The notes: generated from the letters alone by a model not told the origin. Shown: positions 38,690 through 52,864, counted from the stretch's first letter. The stretch is DNA of 64,000 nucleotides from Octopus sinensis (GCF_006345805.1 NC_043008.1:71796001-71860000), one strand, 5' to 3'. Numbers and translations: made by a program.

Positions 38690-41600
38690 ATGATCGCATG
38701 ATGGCTTTCAGTTACCTTCTCATTACAAACTCCCACAGAATCACCAGAACGTCTTTCAGAATAACTTTACACAAAATTTAATCCCAAGTTGTATGGATTC
38801 CTCCGTCGTGATGCTTTGAGATATCTCAGTCCAGCTCGTGCATATTATTTATACTAAACAATACCTGATTGTAAAAGAACTCCATTAATTTTTTTGTTTT
38901 CGATCTAAAGTAATTCTGTATATATTTTAAAGTGTAATGACCACACGGTTTCTTCAAACACGTAAACTCTAAATTACAGATTATGCATCTGTGAGACACT
39001 ATAAGATATAGATCAGCACCAGTTTTTCTACTCTCAGATATAAAGCAGTTTTGTTCTATTATCCTTCTTGATTTCTGTTAGTTCATTTTTCCATAGAGTG
39101 GATAAGAAGAGTCACCAGAAAGGGTAAGCTTGTAATTTTCTCCGTTAGTATACATTTGGTTAGAACTAAAATGAAATAGTGGAATATTGTAATGAAATAA
39201 AGCAAAGAAAAATGTTTTTCTGAGACATCTTTCGAGCAAATAGAAGGTACAACCTTAAAATTTCAATTACTACAACCCATCATTGCAAATCAACACAGAT
39301 CCCTTTATTTCTGATTTTAACCAGAGTGGGTTAACATATAAAGAGGTTCTAACATTTGAAAAGGTTATTCTCCCTGATAAAATACTTTTCCCCGGTATCA
39401 ATTTAGTTGCCAAAATCTCCATGAATTACTTTTGCGTTATTTCTTCGAGACTATTTTACTTCCCATCTTGACCAGTAACCCCGTCTTCTTTATAATTGTA
39501 TCTAAAAGTCATAAGGGAAAAAATATAAAAAATTTAGAAATAGTAAATCAATAAAAAATTTTAAAAAATATCCTTGGAACGAAATATTTAAACTGAGTGA
39601 TTTATTAATAAAATTTACTATAATTGATATTTCATCAACGAAAATATTTTTAAAAATTTGCAAAATAACAGAAAAAAGCTACAAGAAAAAATGGATAGCC
39701 AGTTTCAATTCTCACACATACTTTCATTCATAGGGAGAAAGACTCTCATACATACGCATACGCACACATATTTATGCATATATTCTCTCACACAAACGTA
39801 CACAAACGCACACGCAAACAAATAAACAAGCAATAAAGAAAAATTTGGCAGTGTTTAGAGAATTCTTGAGATGGAACTGTGTTATAAACGGACCCGATGA
39901 TACTAGTGACAGCTTTAAGGTGAACGGAGAAATTATTGGAAACCCTTGAGCTGCTACAAAAATAGAAAATGCTTGCAGCCCCAACAAAAGCTAGAATTGA
40001 ATATTTCATATTGCATTCCTGTTTGTCGAACAGAATTTTCATCTCCTACAAACGCAACCGGGAATCAAAATCAATACCAAAGATAGTGAAAAATAAAAAT
40101 GAAAAGGAAAAATGAAAGAAGCGACAAAAAGAATACGAATCGACTGATGGTGACCAAAAGTATCTGGTGCTTTAGTAACCAATAATATTTCTACCAATTA
40201 GGATTTTAAATGAAGGATGAGAAATTATCAATGTTACATCTCGAATATCTCAGTTAATAGAAGATTTCTATTACGCAAAACAGCAAGAAGAATATATAAA
40301 TGTATAAATAATAATATAACATTTATAAGACTTAAAAGAAGCTATTTTATATAGTTGGAATTTATAGATATGAATTTTAATGTGGTGTTTTATCACCATC
40401 GTCATCGCCATTATCAGCGGCACAACCATAATCAACGTCATAACATTATAACCACCACCGCTGAAATCATGCTCATGATGATGATGATCATCATCAGTGG
40501 TAGCAGATGCCACACCACCACCATCTTTACTACCATATTCAAGATCAGAAACATCAATACCACTACCACGACCTTCAGCAGCGACAGCAACAGAAGCAGC
40601 AGCGCAACTGCCATGATCGACTTCCTCAGCTTCATAAACACCACCGCCATCGGCAGAAGCACCACTGTCACCGCCACCCTATTCAACATTAATAACATCA
40701 TCACAAACGCTAGAACTATCTCCACCATCAGCAACTATACCAACAATACCAATACCAGGAGCACGTCCATCATCATAATCATCATAATTATCATCATCAT
40801 CATCATCATCTTCACCATCAATGTCATCATCATCATCGCCATCAACAGAGTCTTCACCATCATCGCCGTTTTCCTGATAGCTATCTCCATAAACACCGTC
40901 ATCCGAATCATCGATATGACAGCATTATCACTATCGATGCCACCAACGTAGTCATCGCCTTTATATTTATCATCATCATCTTCATCATCGTCATCGTCAT
41001 CATCATCATCATCATCATCCTCATCCTCATCATCATCATCATCAACATCGTCATCATCTTCATAGCCATTACCATGATCGCCATATCCATAAAGACCACC
41101 ATCATACACGTTATCAATCACTATGACAACGTCATCACCACCACCACCACAATCACAAACGCCTCAATTAATACCACCATCGCCATCATCATCTTTGCGT
41201 ACTCGTCGTCGTCATCGCCATTAACATCTTTTCGAAACTGTTTACACTGACTTTCTTTACAAGTCAAATATCAGTGGAATATTTCTTTTATATATTAATA
41301 AAATATGACTGCATTGTCACTGTAAGATATATTTTGACCAAAAGGTAATTTGATGATACAAATCTAATCTGTGACTAACAACAGCAACAGTAGCAGTAGC
41401 AGGTGCAACTGCATCAGCAGCGGTAGCAAACCAAATCATCATCTCAGTGCTATCGCTCTTAGAAATAACTAAATCTCGCTGAAACCATATCATCTTTATA
41501 AAAATCACCTTCTTTTCTAGCGTAAGCCTAAGTATATACGTCTTGAAAAATTTTGGGATCAAACGTTAGAATATTCAGTTCGGTGCTGCCAAAACCTATT

Positions 41601-42120
41601 AAGAAGGAATGGATACATTATTTTGGGGATTTTTGCTATCCTGCGCGTACCTAATGAATAAAAACCAATTTGGTAGTAAATAAGCAATAAGACTGACTTT
41701 AACTGTGGTTGACTTTCCACTGCATCCGTTAGTGGGGCTCTGGTGCGGGAATGCCATGTCATTGAAGAATGTTGAACCAGCATGTCTACTACTGAACCAA
41801 ATGTCTACTATTTTCCCCTAAGTCTAATCCTACCCAGATTTGTAGAATCTGTGAGGGTCGCACTTACGAGTTAATGTGCATGGTATAGAAGAAATTTCAT
41901 TGAATTTCAGTCACTTTCTTACGTTCAATGGATTTCAGGCACCTTCACTTATTACAAACTCCTACAGAATCTCCAGAATGTCTTTCAGAATAACTTTGCA
42001 CAAAAATCAATCTCAAGTTGTATAGATTCTCTCGTCGTGATGCTTTGATATATCTCAGTCCAGCTCGTACACATTATTGGTACTAAATAATACATGATTG
42101 TAAGAGAACTCCATTGATTA
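38690..42120. repeat. Diverged dispersed pair (~38690-38890 and ~41930-42120)
   Basis: Both contain CAGAAT.CCAGAA.GTCTTTCAGAATAACTTT...TCGTGATGCTTTGA.ATATCTCAGTCCAGCTCGT; no open frame is common to both. Confidence 0.65.
40400..41225. repeat. Imperfect (CAT/CAC)n low-complexity tract
   Basis: Trinucleotide-derived; explains the poly-D/M/I ORFs here. Confidence 0.85.
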
Positions 42121-44066
42121 CTGTTTTTGATCATTGCCTTATTGAGTGCCATAGGAAAGAAAAGGTGAGGAGAATGAAACTCAAAAGCAGATAGAGTAGT
42201 GGAGGCCCTCTGCTGGTCCAGTGTCCGCTTTGACAAACTTCTATCATATCCAAGTTTGGTGGAGCCCTCCATCCCTCTAAAGCAATTCAGTTAGGAGAAG
42301 GCTATCCTAGTATAAAACCTTATTTTCTACAGTTGTTCCCAGGGTTACGCGTACCCGGAGTTGTAGAACTTGTAAGGGTTGTAGTTACGGGTTAATTTGC
42401 CTGTTACGGAAGAAAAAAGTGCTTAGGGAAAACAGAAGGCGAGAGGAGTTACCCTCGATGGGAAATAAGGTTGTAGAGCCTCTCAGGTAATTAGGTGTCC
42501 CCTTCGATACTCTTCCGGCAACTTTAGGGTTGGTGGAGCTCTTCAGCCCTCTAAAGCAATTCACTTTGATGAAGGTCACTCTAGTGTAAAGCCTACGTCT
42601 TTCTGGTCTGAACAGCCGTCTTAGCCAGCTAACCTACAATGGTCATACTTCTAAGTTTAAGGCGTGAAATTGGATTGCACAAACTGCCTCTCACTTTAAA
42701 ACTACTAAGCACGGTTAGGAAAGAAAGACCTGAAAATTTAAAGAATGGTTTACATATGACTTAAGGACTTGCCGCTCTTCCTCATGGTGGCTGGAAATAC
42801 CATCAAACAGTGTATCTAGTGATCTAGATACAGTGTATCTAGATGAGCATAAAGGAACATTCATTGAATAAAGAATTTTCAATGAAGGTGTTCAATTGAA
42901 ATAGTTTTGTGAGTTAACTCAGGCACTGTTAATGGATGTGACGATACATTTTTACACTCAGTCATCTCGACCATCTCACCTCTAGCACTTCTTTAATTGA
43001 TTGGTTAGTTGCGGGGCAGATACACCGTCAGCTCAGCGGGTCGTTGAAAGACCAGGGTTACATAGGGTATCAGAGAGTCAGAGAGCGAGAGAAAGAGGAA
43101 GTGGGAGAGAAAGTGGGGGAAAAGTGAGAAAGAAAAAGAAAAACAGGGAAAGTGAGAGAAGCAAAGAGATCAATATAACGAGGTATAGACAAATGAAATC
43201 AAAGAATGAGAGAGAGAAGAGGAAGAGGAGAATGATAGAGACAGAGAGAGAGAAAAAGAAGAGAGAGTGAGAGTGAGAGAGAGAGAGAGAGGTGATAGGA
43301 ATAGAGTGAAATAAACAAATATAAATTACATTTCATTTCTGGATAATATTTACTGTCTGGTCAATTTGGTGCCACATATACATTCCCACCAACTCCTCTC
43401 TCTCTCTCACTTTATCTATTTCTCTACTTCTTCCTCTTAGTTTAGCTTTTTCTTTCTGTCGCTCACTCACTCTACCTCTCCATAATTCTTGTGTGTTCGT
43501 GACCACGCGTGTGTGTGTGGGCGTGTGTGGATAGGCATGTATACACACGATTAACAAAACAGTTTTTATGTATGCATATATACATACACACACACACGCA
43601 CATATATATATATATATATATATATATACAGGCACATACACACACACACTCACACATATATATATATATATGCGTGGTGATAAAGATGAGTATCTGTATG
43701 AGAACATACGTATACACACACGCACATGTATATATATATATATATATCTGTGTGTGTGTGTTGTGTGTGTGTGTGTGTGTGTGCGTGGTGATAAAGAGTA
43801 TTTGTGTATGAGAACATATGTATATATATTCTAATTATTAAACATCACATACACACACACACACATATTTGTAGCAATCACTATCTATATATATGAGTCT
43901 ACGTTTGTGCATGTGCGTGTGTGCACGTACGTGAGGATATGCGATCATCTCTGATAATCTGTGTGCTTATATCACTACAAATATTTATATTTTAAAAACA
44001 TACAAAAATACCCAAGACCATTATCCATGTGGGTGTGCGTGCATACATACATACATACATTCACAC

Positions 44067-44141
<75 letters not shown>

Positions 44142-44165
44142 ATATATAATATATATATTATATTT

Positions 44166-44200
<35 letters not shown>

Positions 44201-44219
44201 CATACATATATATATATAG

Positions 44220-44254
<35 letters not shown>

Positions 44255-44256
44255 AT

Positions 44257-44288
<32 letters not shown>

Positions 44289-44289
44289 A

Positions 44290-44955
44290 TTCCTTTACTT
44301 ATTTCAATCATTTGAAAGTAGCTATACTGGAGCACCACCTTTAGTCGAACGAATATACACCAGGACTTGTCTTTATAAGCCTAGTACTTATTCTATCAGT
44401 TTCCTCACCGAACCGCTAGGTAACGGGAACATAAAGACACTAAGATCAGTTGTCAAGTGATGGTGGGGGGACAAGCATAGACACAGAAAAAATACATACA
44501 TACATACATATATAAGAATTACATACATACACACACATACGGGGCAGATGACCATTCAACATACTGCTGTCATAGCACTCCCACATTCTTGTTGTTCTTG
44601 TTCTTTTTCTTCTTCTTCTTCTTCTTCTTCTTCTTTCTTCTTCTTCTTCTTCTCTTCTTCTTCTTCTTCTTCTTCTTCTTCTTCTTCTTCTTCTTCTCTA
44701 CCAAGAATTCACAACGAACTCGAACACACAAGCGTAAACAAGAGAGAGAGAGAGAGAGAGCGAAACAGACAGAAACAAGGAAAATGTCACTTGTATTTGA
44801 ATACTATGCAAATATTCTTTTAAAATCTTTTCTTTTAATCTTTCCAAAATTGAATTGTTTTCCATATTTAAAGTTGAAAAAGTCTCAATGACTGAAACCG
44901 GTAGTTTTTTATAAAATAATTTTAGCATTTTCTATTCTGAAATTTTCTCCATATA

Positions 44956-44986
<31 letters not shown>

Positions 44987-45135
44987 TTATATACTTAGTA
45001 TATGGCAGGATTCTTTGAGTTTCCGTCTACCAAATCCATTCACAAGGTTTTCATTGGTCCGATGCTATAGTAGAAAACACTCAAAGTGCCATGCAGGGGG
45101 ATTGGATCCAGAACCATGTGGTCATATGGTTGAGA
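44290..45135 (-). mobile_element. SINE B split at its internal microsatellite by ~450 bp of inserted sequence
   Basis: Head at 45005-45135 and tail at 44290-44480, both on the minus strand. Confidence 0.7.
44870..44907 (+). ncRNA. U3-A8 hammerhead-like motif
   Basis: AAAG-TTGAAAA-AGTC-tcaat-GACT-GAA-ACCGGT-A-GTTT. Confidence 0.55.
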
Positions 45136-46082
45136 AGCTCTACCCTCTATCCTACTCAGTTTTGTCGTTCCAAGACGGCAATTTCTAGTACATTTATTGT
45201 CTCCACAAAATCATTGCAGATAGCTGACACCAGCCATATTATCTCTATCTCAGGGTGAACATTTTCAATTCTTACCTTCATCACGTGATGACCGAGGTAA
45301 GTGGGAAACATTATAATGTCTTCATATTCAAGTGTTTTGCTGAAAGTTCTTTTGTTTATTCTTCCGCGTTGAACCTCATTTCCACAGTGGCAAATCTTTT
45401 GCACATTGTGATATATTTTTTGAAAACTCATATGGCCGTAAACATTTTTCAACTGTTTGTTGAGTGAAATGTTCTAGCATTTTTTATTTTATGTTTAGGG
45501 TTTTGTAGATTATAGTTTTTTTCTCTTTTATATGTCCTGCAAAATGTCTTGTGGTGTATCTAATTATATTGTTATTTTTTCTTTGCATCGTAGTAACTCC
45601 TGCGTTGTAGTAACTCCTCCGTTGAGGAGACCATTCGTCTTCTTTGCCTCAAAACAAAAGCAAAATTATTTTGTTTGTTCATGCTGGTGGTGGAAATGTT
45701 TATTGTTTTAGGCATGCATTCATTTTCTCTGCTTTCTCTTCCCACTCGTTCGGAAGGAACTCTTGTGTCAATATGTGTTGTTTTTTTCATTTGTCTGTGT
45801 GAAAGTGAATCAATGTTTTCATTCTTTCTTGGTGTTTTCGGCAATGCAGAAAACTCAATGTCCAAATGCGACGCAGGAAGACTGGAAAACGCAGAAAAAA
45901 ATAAAATTTTAAAATACGAAAAATCACACTTATAGGGCGAATCCACGAGCGAGAGATTCGCTCACGTGAAAGCAGATGTTATTAACCAACTTTTTGACAA
46001 AATTAAATACCAATACACATAAATAAACACGAAAAATTGTTTGGACTTACGGGAGACGAAGCGACGACAGCCAATCAGATAG

Positions 46083-46087
46083 ATAGG

Positions 46088-46179
<92 letters not shown>

Positions 46180-46190
46180 CAGATAGATAT

Positions 46191-46266
<76 letters not shown>
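46083..46266. repeat. (GATA)n microsatellite
   Basis: Direct inspection. Confidence 0.95.
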
Positions 46267-46602
46267 TTGCATAAACTGATACATTGATAGATATAGAGCC
46301 TGATAGGGGAAAAGGGCATTCATATGCACTGAGAGGTGGATGGCCCAACAGATGAATAAAGAGATGTATCGATACGTGAATTTGTTGAGAGACGTTGATT
46401 TGCAAGTTATTTAATGGGTAGTACCTGATTTCTGTTGTTGTAGGATGAAGGTTTAACAAAATCAAAAACATGTACGAATATACTAACTAGATAAGTAAAG
46501 CGTAAAACATATTCCACTGTATTGAATTATATTGAGTTCAGTTATGTACTTTTTAACACTAGCGATAGGTACATATTTACACACTAACACACACACACAC
46601 AC

Positions 46603-46656
<54 letters not shown>

Positions 46657-47302
46657 TATATATTCTTGGTGCCAGTCCTGTTTCTCTTCAGTTGAAATAT
46701 TTTTTAACAAAGTCAACTGCAGCATTGAGGGGATCAACTTCGTCCAAGCATGAAGGCATGTTGGCAAAACGCCGCTCCTCTCAATAAGAATTTTACCTCC
46801 AATTTTGATCATGTGGCATGGAGGGAAGCAGGCCTTGTCGTCCACTCAAGTAAACACGTAGTAAATGATCCGTAAGCACCTGAGGAAAATGAGTTCTCAA
46901 CTTGTTCCATTTTCCAAAAGGTTTGCAAGGCACTAATAGGTCTCAAGAGAAACGTAGGGAAATTGATAACTAAAAAATGAATGCAAAAACTAAGACAACG
47001 ATAAATGAAAGAAAGAGCTGTTCCCCGGGAAAAATATTGGTTTAGCGCTCGGTGAAAATTTTAGAGGGAAGCTTAAATGGAAACTATGATATTTCCAGAA
47101 AACTCCATCGTCAAATTGCAGATAATGAAGAGAGGTTGAAAAAGAGGAAATAAGAAATGGTACGTGGGAAAATAGCGGGAGAGGGTACGCGTGTTGCTAA
47201 TCACCATGATAGATCGTTAGCCACTAAAACTTTTAATTCTTATTTTCTCTCGCTGTTTATTTCTGTGTTTCTTTCTGTTGAAAAGCGTAGGCACGAAACG
47301 TA

Positions 47303-47722
47303 ATAGGCGCAGGAGTGGTTGTGTGGTAAGTAGCTTGCTAACCAACCACATGGTTCCGGATTCAGTCCCACTGCGTGGCATCTTGGGCAAGTGTCTTCTG
47401 CTATAGCCCCGGGCCGACCAATGCCTTGTGAGTGGATTTAGTAGACGGAAACTGAAAGAAGCCCGTCGTATATATGTATGTATATATATATATGTATAAA
47501 TATATATGTATGTGTGTGTCTGTGTTTGTCCCCCTAGCATTGCTTGACAACCGATGCTGGTGTGTTTACGTCCCCGTAACTTAGCGGTTCGGCAAAAGAA
47601 ACCGATAGAATAAGTACTGGGCTTACAAAGAATAAGTCCCAGGGTCGATTTACTCGACTAAAGGCGGTGCTCCAGCATGGCTGCAGTCAAATGACTGAAA
47701 CAAGTAAAAGAGAGAGTAAAGA
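47303..47722 (+). mobile_element. SINE B, well preserved
   Basis: Complete head, internal tract and AAAAGAG tail. Confidence 0.9.
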
Positions 47723-48107
47723 GAGGGTATATATATATATGTGATGTATATATATATATATGTATATATATACATATACATATATATATAGAAATATATA
47801 TATATGTATGCATGCATGCATATGTATATATGTTACGTGATCACGTGAGCGACTTGACTATTGGATGTCGTTATACATCGATGGTCATAATGCGCTTTGC
47901 ATCATTTTATGTTTCGAATGATGCCACCCCATTACAGGTGAGTCTACTGGAACAACGTGAAATAAAGTGTTTTATATGTGTGTATGTATACTCCTTCTTC
48001 CCTTCTTTCCTGAGCGTCCAATAATACTTTGTTCCACGTCCTCGCGTTGCTGCGTTTCTTTGTTTTTTTTTTGTTTTTTTTTAGTGTTTTCTTGTTTGGA
48101 TTAACTT

Positions 48108-48183
<76 letters not shown>

Positions 48184-48191
48184 AAACATTG

Positions 48192-48223
<32 letters not shown>

Positions 48224-49227
48224 ATATTTTGTGTAATTAAAGTAAGTTTAACTTTCGAACTTAAGTGCTTTTATTCTGTGATACTGTGTACAAAATATAT
48301 GTATATAAACACAGGCAGAATGTAAGAGAAAGAGAACCGGATAGTGATAGTTACACACAATCCTATATGCACACGCGCGCACACACGCAGACACACACAA
48401 ACACGCTTACGCTCACGCACATTTATAGTACATGCATAAATACGTATATACATACACGCATAAATTAATGTATATGCCTTTACATAAACGTGTGTCCTGT
48501 GTATGTGTGAGCATGCATATGTAGACATCTACATACTTCCTTGAATATCTACGTGTTATATATTACTATCTTAGCAGAAATATATCTCCCCAGCTTTTAT
48601 TTCTCCTACTCACTCAAACTCTGCTCCTCATTCTCTCATTCATTACTCCCTCTCATTTTCACTCTCCCCCTTTTATACTCTCACTTTTTCTTTCTCTCTT
48701 TCGTTCTCTCTCCACAAACGCAGTATCACAAATATATGCCATAATAATATGACACTCAATGTCATTCTTGATATTTTGTTGATCATTTCTCAGTCAATGC
48801 CAATAGATAGTTGTTAGTGGTGTATACAGGATTATACAGCCTGTATATTCTGTCTAGAGCTATCAAAATGCCAATAGATATGTGTAGAGTTCGGCGTGCT
48901 TCAATGATTTTATGTCCAATCATATATACTAGATCACTACTCTCTATTGATTAACGATGGCTATTGCTACTTCTGTGAATGTCTTTTTGAATTTCATATA
49001 GAATCATGTGAATAGATGTCTTCTCTTGCTACTAGCTTCAGTATAATGTGTATCTGTGTGCATGTAATTACGTATGCATATATATATGCATGTGTGTGTG
49101 TGTGTGTGGGTGAAAATATATGGGTATACATATATATATATTAGATCTATGAGAGTGAATCTGTGTGAATGACTGTTTCAACAAATATACAATGCATACA
49201 CATACACATATGTGTACATATACCTAC

Positions 49228-49260
<33 letters not shown>

Positions 49261-49721
49261 AATATGAATATATTTGTATACACACACACATATATGCGTT
49301 TATGTATACGTATGTATGTTTGTATGTATGAATTAGAAATTGTGTATATATGTTTGTGTGCATGTGAACGTTTATGTGCGTAAGTGATTCACGTGCACAC
49401 ACATTAATGTGCAAATATGTATATATGTACGTATGTATATATATATATATATCTATCTATTTAAATATACATACATAGCTAGCTAGCTACCTACCTACCT
49501 AACTACCTACATACATACATACAGACATACATACAAACATACATACTTGCATACATATACCGGCATACTTTCAAATGCAAGCGTACATTCATATTAATAT
49601 TTATATATATAGACATGTTTCATTTTATATTCATACATAAAAAGCTATGCACGCGTGGGAAATATGTTTGCAATGCCTTGTTATATATATGTATACACAC
49701 ACACACATATATATATACGTA

Positions 49722-49762
<41 letters not shown>

Positions 49763-50120
49763 CATTTTTGCATTTGCCATTTATCTATTTTTTCTCCAAG
49801 CTTCCATGAAGTATCATACCTGTCTATCTATCTAAATCTGTCTCCATTTATCAATATCTGTCTATATATCGCCATGTATTTATCATTTATGCCTGCAAAC
49901 TTATGTAGTGAAAAAAAAATTAGAATGCCTCTGTCATATCTTCATATCTTTAATATAGTAAATTAGTATCTTATATTAGTACTGTATTCCTTACCTCCAT
50001 ACATGTGTGTGTGTATGTACGCTTGTCTACGCATGAAGACATATATGTGCATAAATCAGGTACATATCTGTGTTTTCTACTAGCGAGAGTATATGTATAC
50101 ATGCAGACGCATGTTCTTTG

Positions 50121-50174
<54 letters not shown>

Positions 50175-50219
50175 GTTCTAATTATATGTATTACGATGTA
50201 TATATATATATACGCGCAC

Positions 50220-50430
50220 ATAAGGCGGCCAATTGGCAGAATCGTTAGCACGCTGGGTGAAATGCTTGGTGGTATTTCGTCTACCGCTCCGTTCTGAGTT
50301 CAAATCCCACCGACGTAAACTTTGCTTTTCAGCCTTTCGGGGTCGATAAATTAAAGACTGAATACTGGGGTCCATGTAATTTGACTTGGACCTTTCCCAA
50401 AAATTTCTGGCCGTGTACCTATAGTAGAAA
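50220..50430 (+). mobile_element. SINE A
   Basis: TAAGGCGGCC...TTCTGAGTTCAAATCCC...TTTCGGGGTCGATAAATT. Confidence 0.8.
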
Positions 50431-50649
50431 AGGTTATATGTATGCACACATATAAACGTGTATATGAGTGTATTTTGTTTTGACATGTGTATATGTATAT
50501 GTATATATACATTGTGTGTGTATATGTGTATCCATTTTTAGTAGCATTACATTTTCTAGAAATATTCGTTGGGTTTTTATTGCAATAGGTAGCAGTGATT
50601 ATAACTTACTGACCTAATTAGCCAAGTATCCAGATAGATATAGATATGA

Positions 50650-50850
50650 ATATATATAACGGGAAGCTTTATGAAAATAGACAAAAGACGAAGGCAGGTG
50701 GAAAACAAACAAACAATTGTATTAGTATGGCGCTCAGGAAATATAAATAAAACAAGTCTTTAACGTTTCGAGCCTACGCTCTTCAACAGAAAGATACACA
50801 GAGAGAAAAAAAACACAGAAATAAGGAGAGAAAAAAAATGCGTGCAGTAA
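50650..50850 (-). mobile_element. Penelope-type terminal repeat remnant with degenerate hammerhead at 50757-50794
   Basis: TCTTT-CTGTTGA-A-GAGC-gtag-GCTC-GAA-ACGT-T-AAAGA (A6 mutated). Confidence 0.6.
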
Positions 50851-51689
50851 CTAACGAATCAACATATGTGCTAATCTATACGTATTACGATGTATATATA
50901 TCTATATCTATATATATATAGATAAATGCACATATACGGCGCCGAGTCGGCAGAATTGTTAGCATGCTTCATAGCATTCACATTCAGGGCGCATATTTAC
51001 ACATAGGCACACATATACACAAATACTCCTAGGCACACATTCAAGTTTTCTCAGATACTCACTTGTCTTTACAGTTATTTCAAATTGTATTTACACAGTT
51101 ATTTCGAATTGTATTTTCAATTAATCCAAATTGTACTTTCTTTGTACTTCATGCAGATATATTCAATATTTATTTTGTTCTAGATGTTTTACATACGAGA
51201 CAAATTGTTCTGTGGTACATAACACTTGATTCATGGTCTCTAATATTTTGAAGGATATCTGGATACACATTAGTTTTCCTCATGCCATACAAACGCTCTA
51301 GATATTGCAAAGGAATGTATTACAATAATTGCGGCCAATGACACTTTGCATTCTAAAGTCATCACTGGAGCTGTAAGTTTAGAAGTAAATGTGGCATGCC
51401 TTTTGATTCTTCGCAGAGATTGTTCTGGCGGTTTAATCTTCAGCATATTTACCACACCTAATTTGTGAATCAATTAATTATTAAACAATTACTTTGATGA
51501 ACATAGTTCAGCCCGAAAGAATTATGAAGTCACCTTTGAAAATATTCGCCAGAATTCTTAACTATGTCGAGATGCAATATATAATTGTTAATATTTTTAA
51601 TTGCGAAATTGCACGGTGTAGAACCCCTCATGCGAGTCTTTGTTGGATATATGTGTGTATACTTATTTTGTCGACAATGAAAGTATGAA

Positions 51690-52245
51690 AGGAAAAGTAA
51701 ACTCCAACGGCATTTGAACACAGAACGAAATGCTGCTAAGCATTTCGCCTGACATGCTAACAATCCTACAAGCTCGCCGCCTTTATGTGTATTCATACAA
51801 ATACTCATACACCTCTATTTGAGGGAATAATAGTAGTTAATTATAAGAAAACCTCAAGGCCGCGAGCTAGCAGAAATGTTAGTACGCCGGACGAAATACG
51901 TAGCCGTATTTCGTCTGCCGTTACGTTCTGCGTTAAAATTCCGCCGAGGTCGACTTTGCCTTTCAGCTTTTCGGGGTCGATTAAATAAGTACCAGTTACG
52001 CACTGAGATCGATGTAATCGACTTAATACCTTTGTCTGTCTTTGTTTGTTCTCTCTGTCTTTAGCCCCTTGTGGGTAGTAATGAAATAGGTATTTCGTCT
52101 GAGTTCATATTCCGCCGAGGTCGATTTTGCCTTTCATCCTTTCGGGGTCGATAAATTAAGTACCAGTTACATACTGGGGTCGATGTAATCGACTTAACCC
52201 TCCCTCCAAAATTTCGGGCCTTGTTCGTAGAGTAGAAAAGAATTA
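51690..52245. mobile_element. SINE A cluster: partial minus copy (51690-51785) and tandem plus copies (51855-52245)
   Basis: Similarity to the other SINE A copies. Confidence 0.8.
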
Positions 52246-52864
52246 TAAGAAAATCTATAAAATTACAGATGCGCCTAAATATATCTTAATAGTCTTCCAC
52301 GGGAAAGTTCAACAGTGTACTAACGTGGATCAACGGATTCGGGTTCTCCCTACTGGAAGTATCGAAGCGTCCTAGCTTTCTTTGGGTGTAATACAGACCT
52401 ATTTCGCTACACTTATTAAAGTTCCTCTTGCAATTTGCCAAAATAGTATCTAAGCTTTTGCTACAGCATATAGCATACGGCTGCCTACCGCCTTGGCAAG
52501 GTGGCACGGCTACTAATATCGACCAGAAGAAGTCACAACTAATCCTAATATCTTTTAATTTGTGTGCATATTCTGCTTGTGAGGTGAAGTATGAAAGTGT
52601 CGGGTTGCGCAAGAAAATGCGATACTTGATGGTGTTAACAGTGGTCAGCAAAACCTACTGCTATTGTGCATAACTATCTCAAACTTGTATTCTAATTTCA
52701 AGCATATACACTGCCCACGTACGGGTCAGGCGAACACTGATGAGGTGTCATGCATGACTGTATGATGTTTCTAATCATTATGTAAATATTTCGGTGTTTT
52801 GCTGAAACGAGCGTTTTATAGAGCTTTGAATATCACACGTTTTCTAGTATATATATATGCATAT

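Noticed and set aside
45572-45968. 124-aa minus-strand ORF with upstream CACGTG and TATA-like CTATAAG as a promoter/first exon
   Set aside because: No homology recognised; such short motifs are expected by chance.
21269-50486. Numerous ORFs rich in YI/CV/HT/LSIY or poly-D/M/I/S/F
   Set aside because: They are translations of (TA)n, (CA)n, (GATA)n, (CAT)n and (TTC)n, which lack stops in some frames.
52737-52765. CTGATGAG followed by a hairpin; similar lone CTGATGA hits at ~2111, ~4371 and ~7217
   Set aside because: No correctly placed GAAA, helix III or helix I. The ~20620-20650 motif is also too decayed to count.
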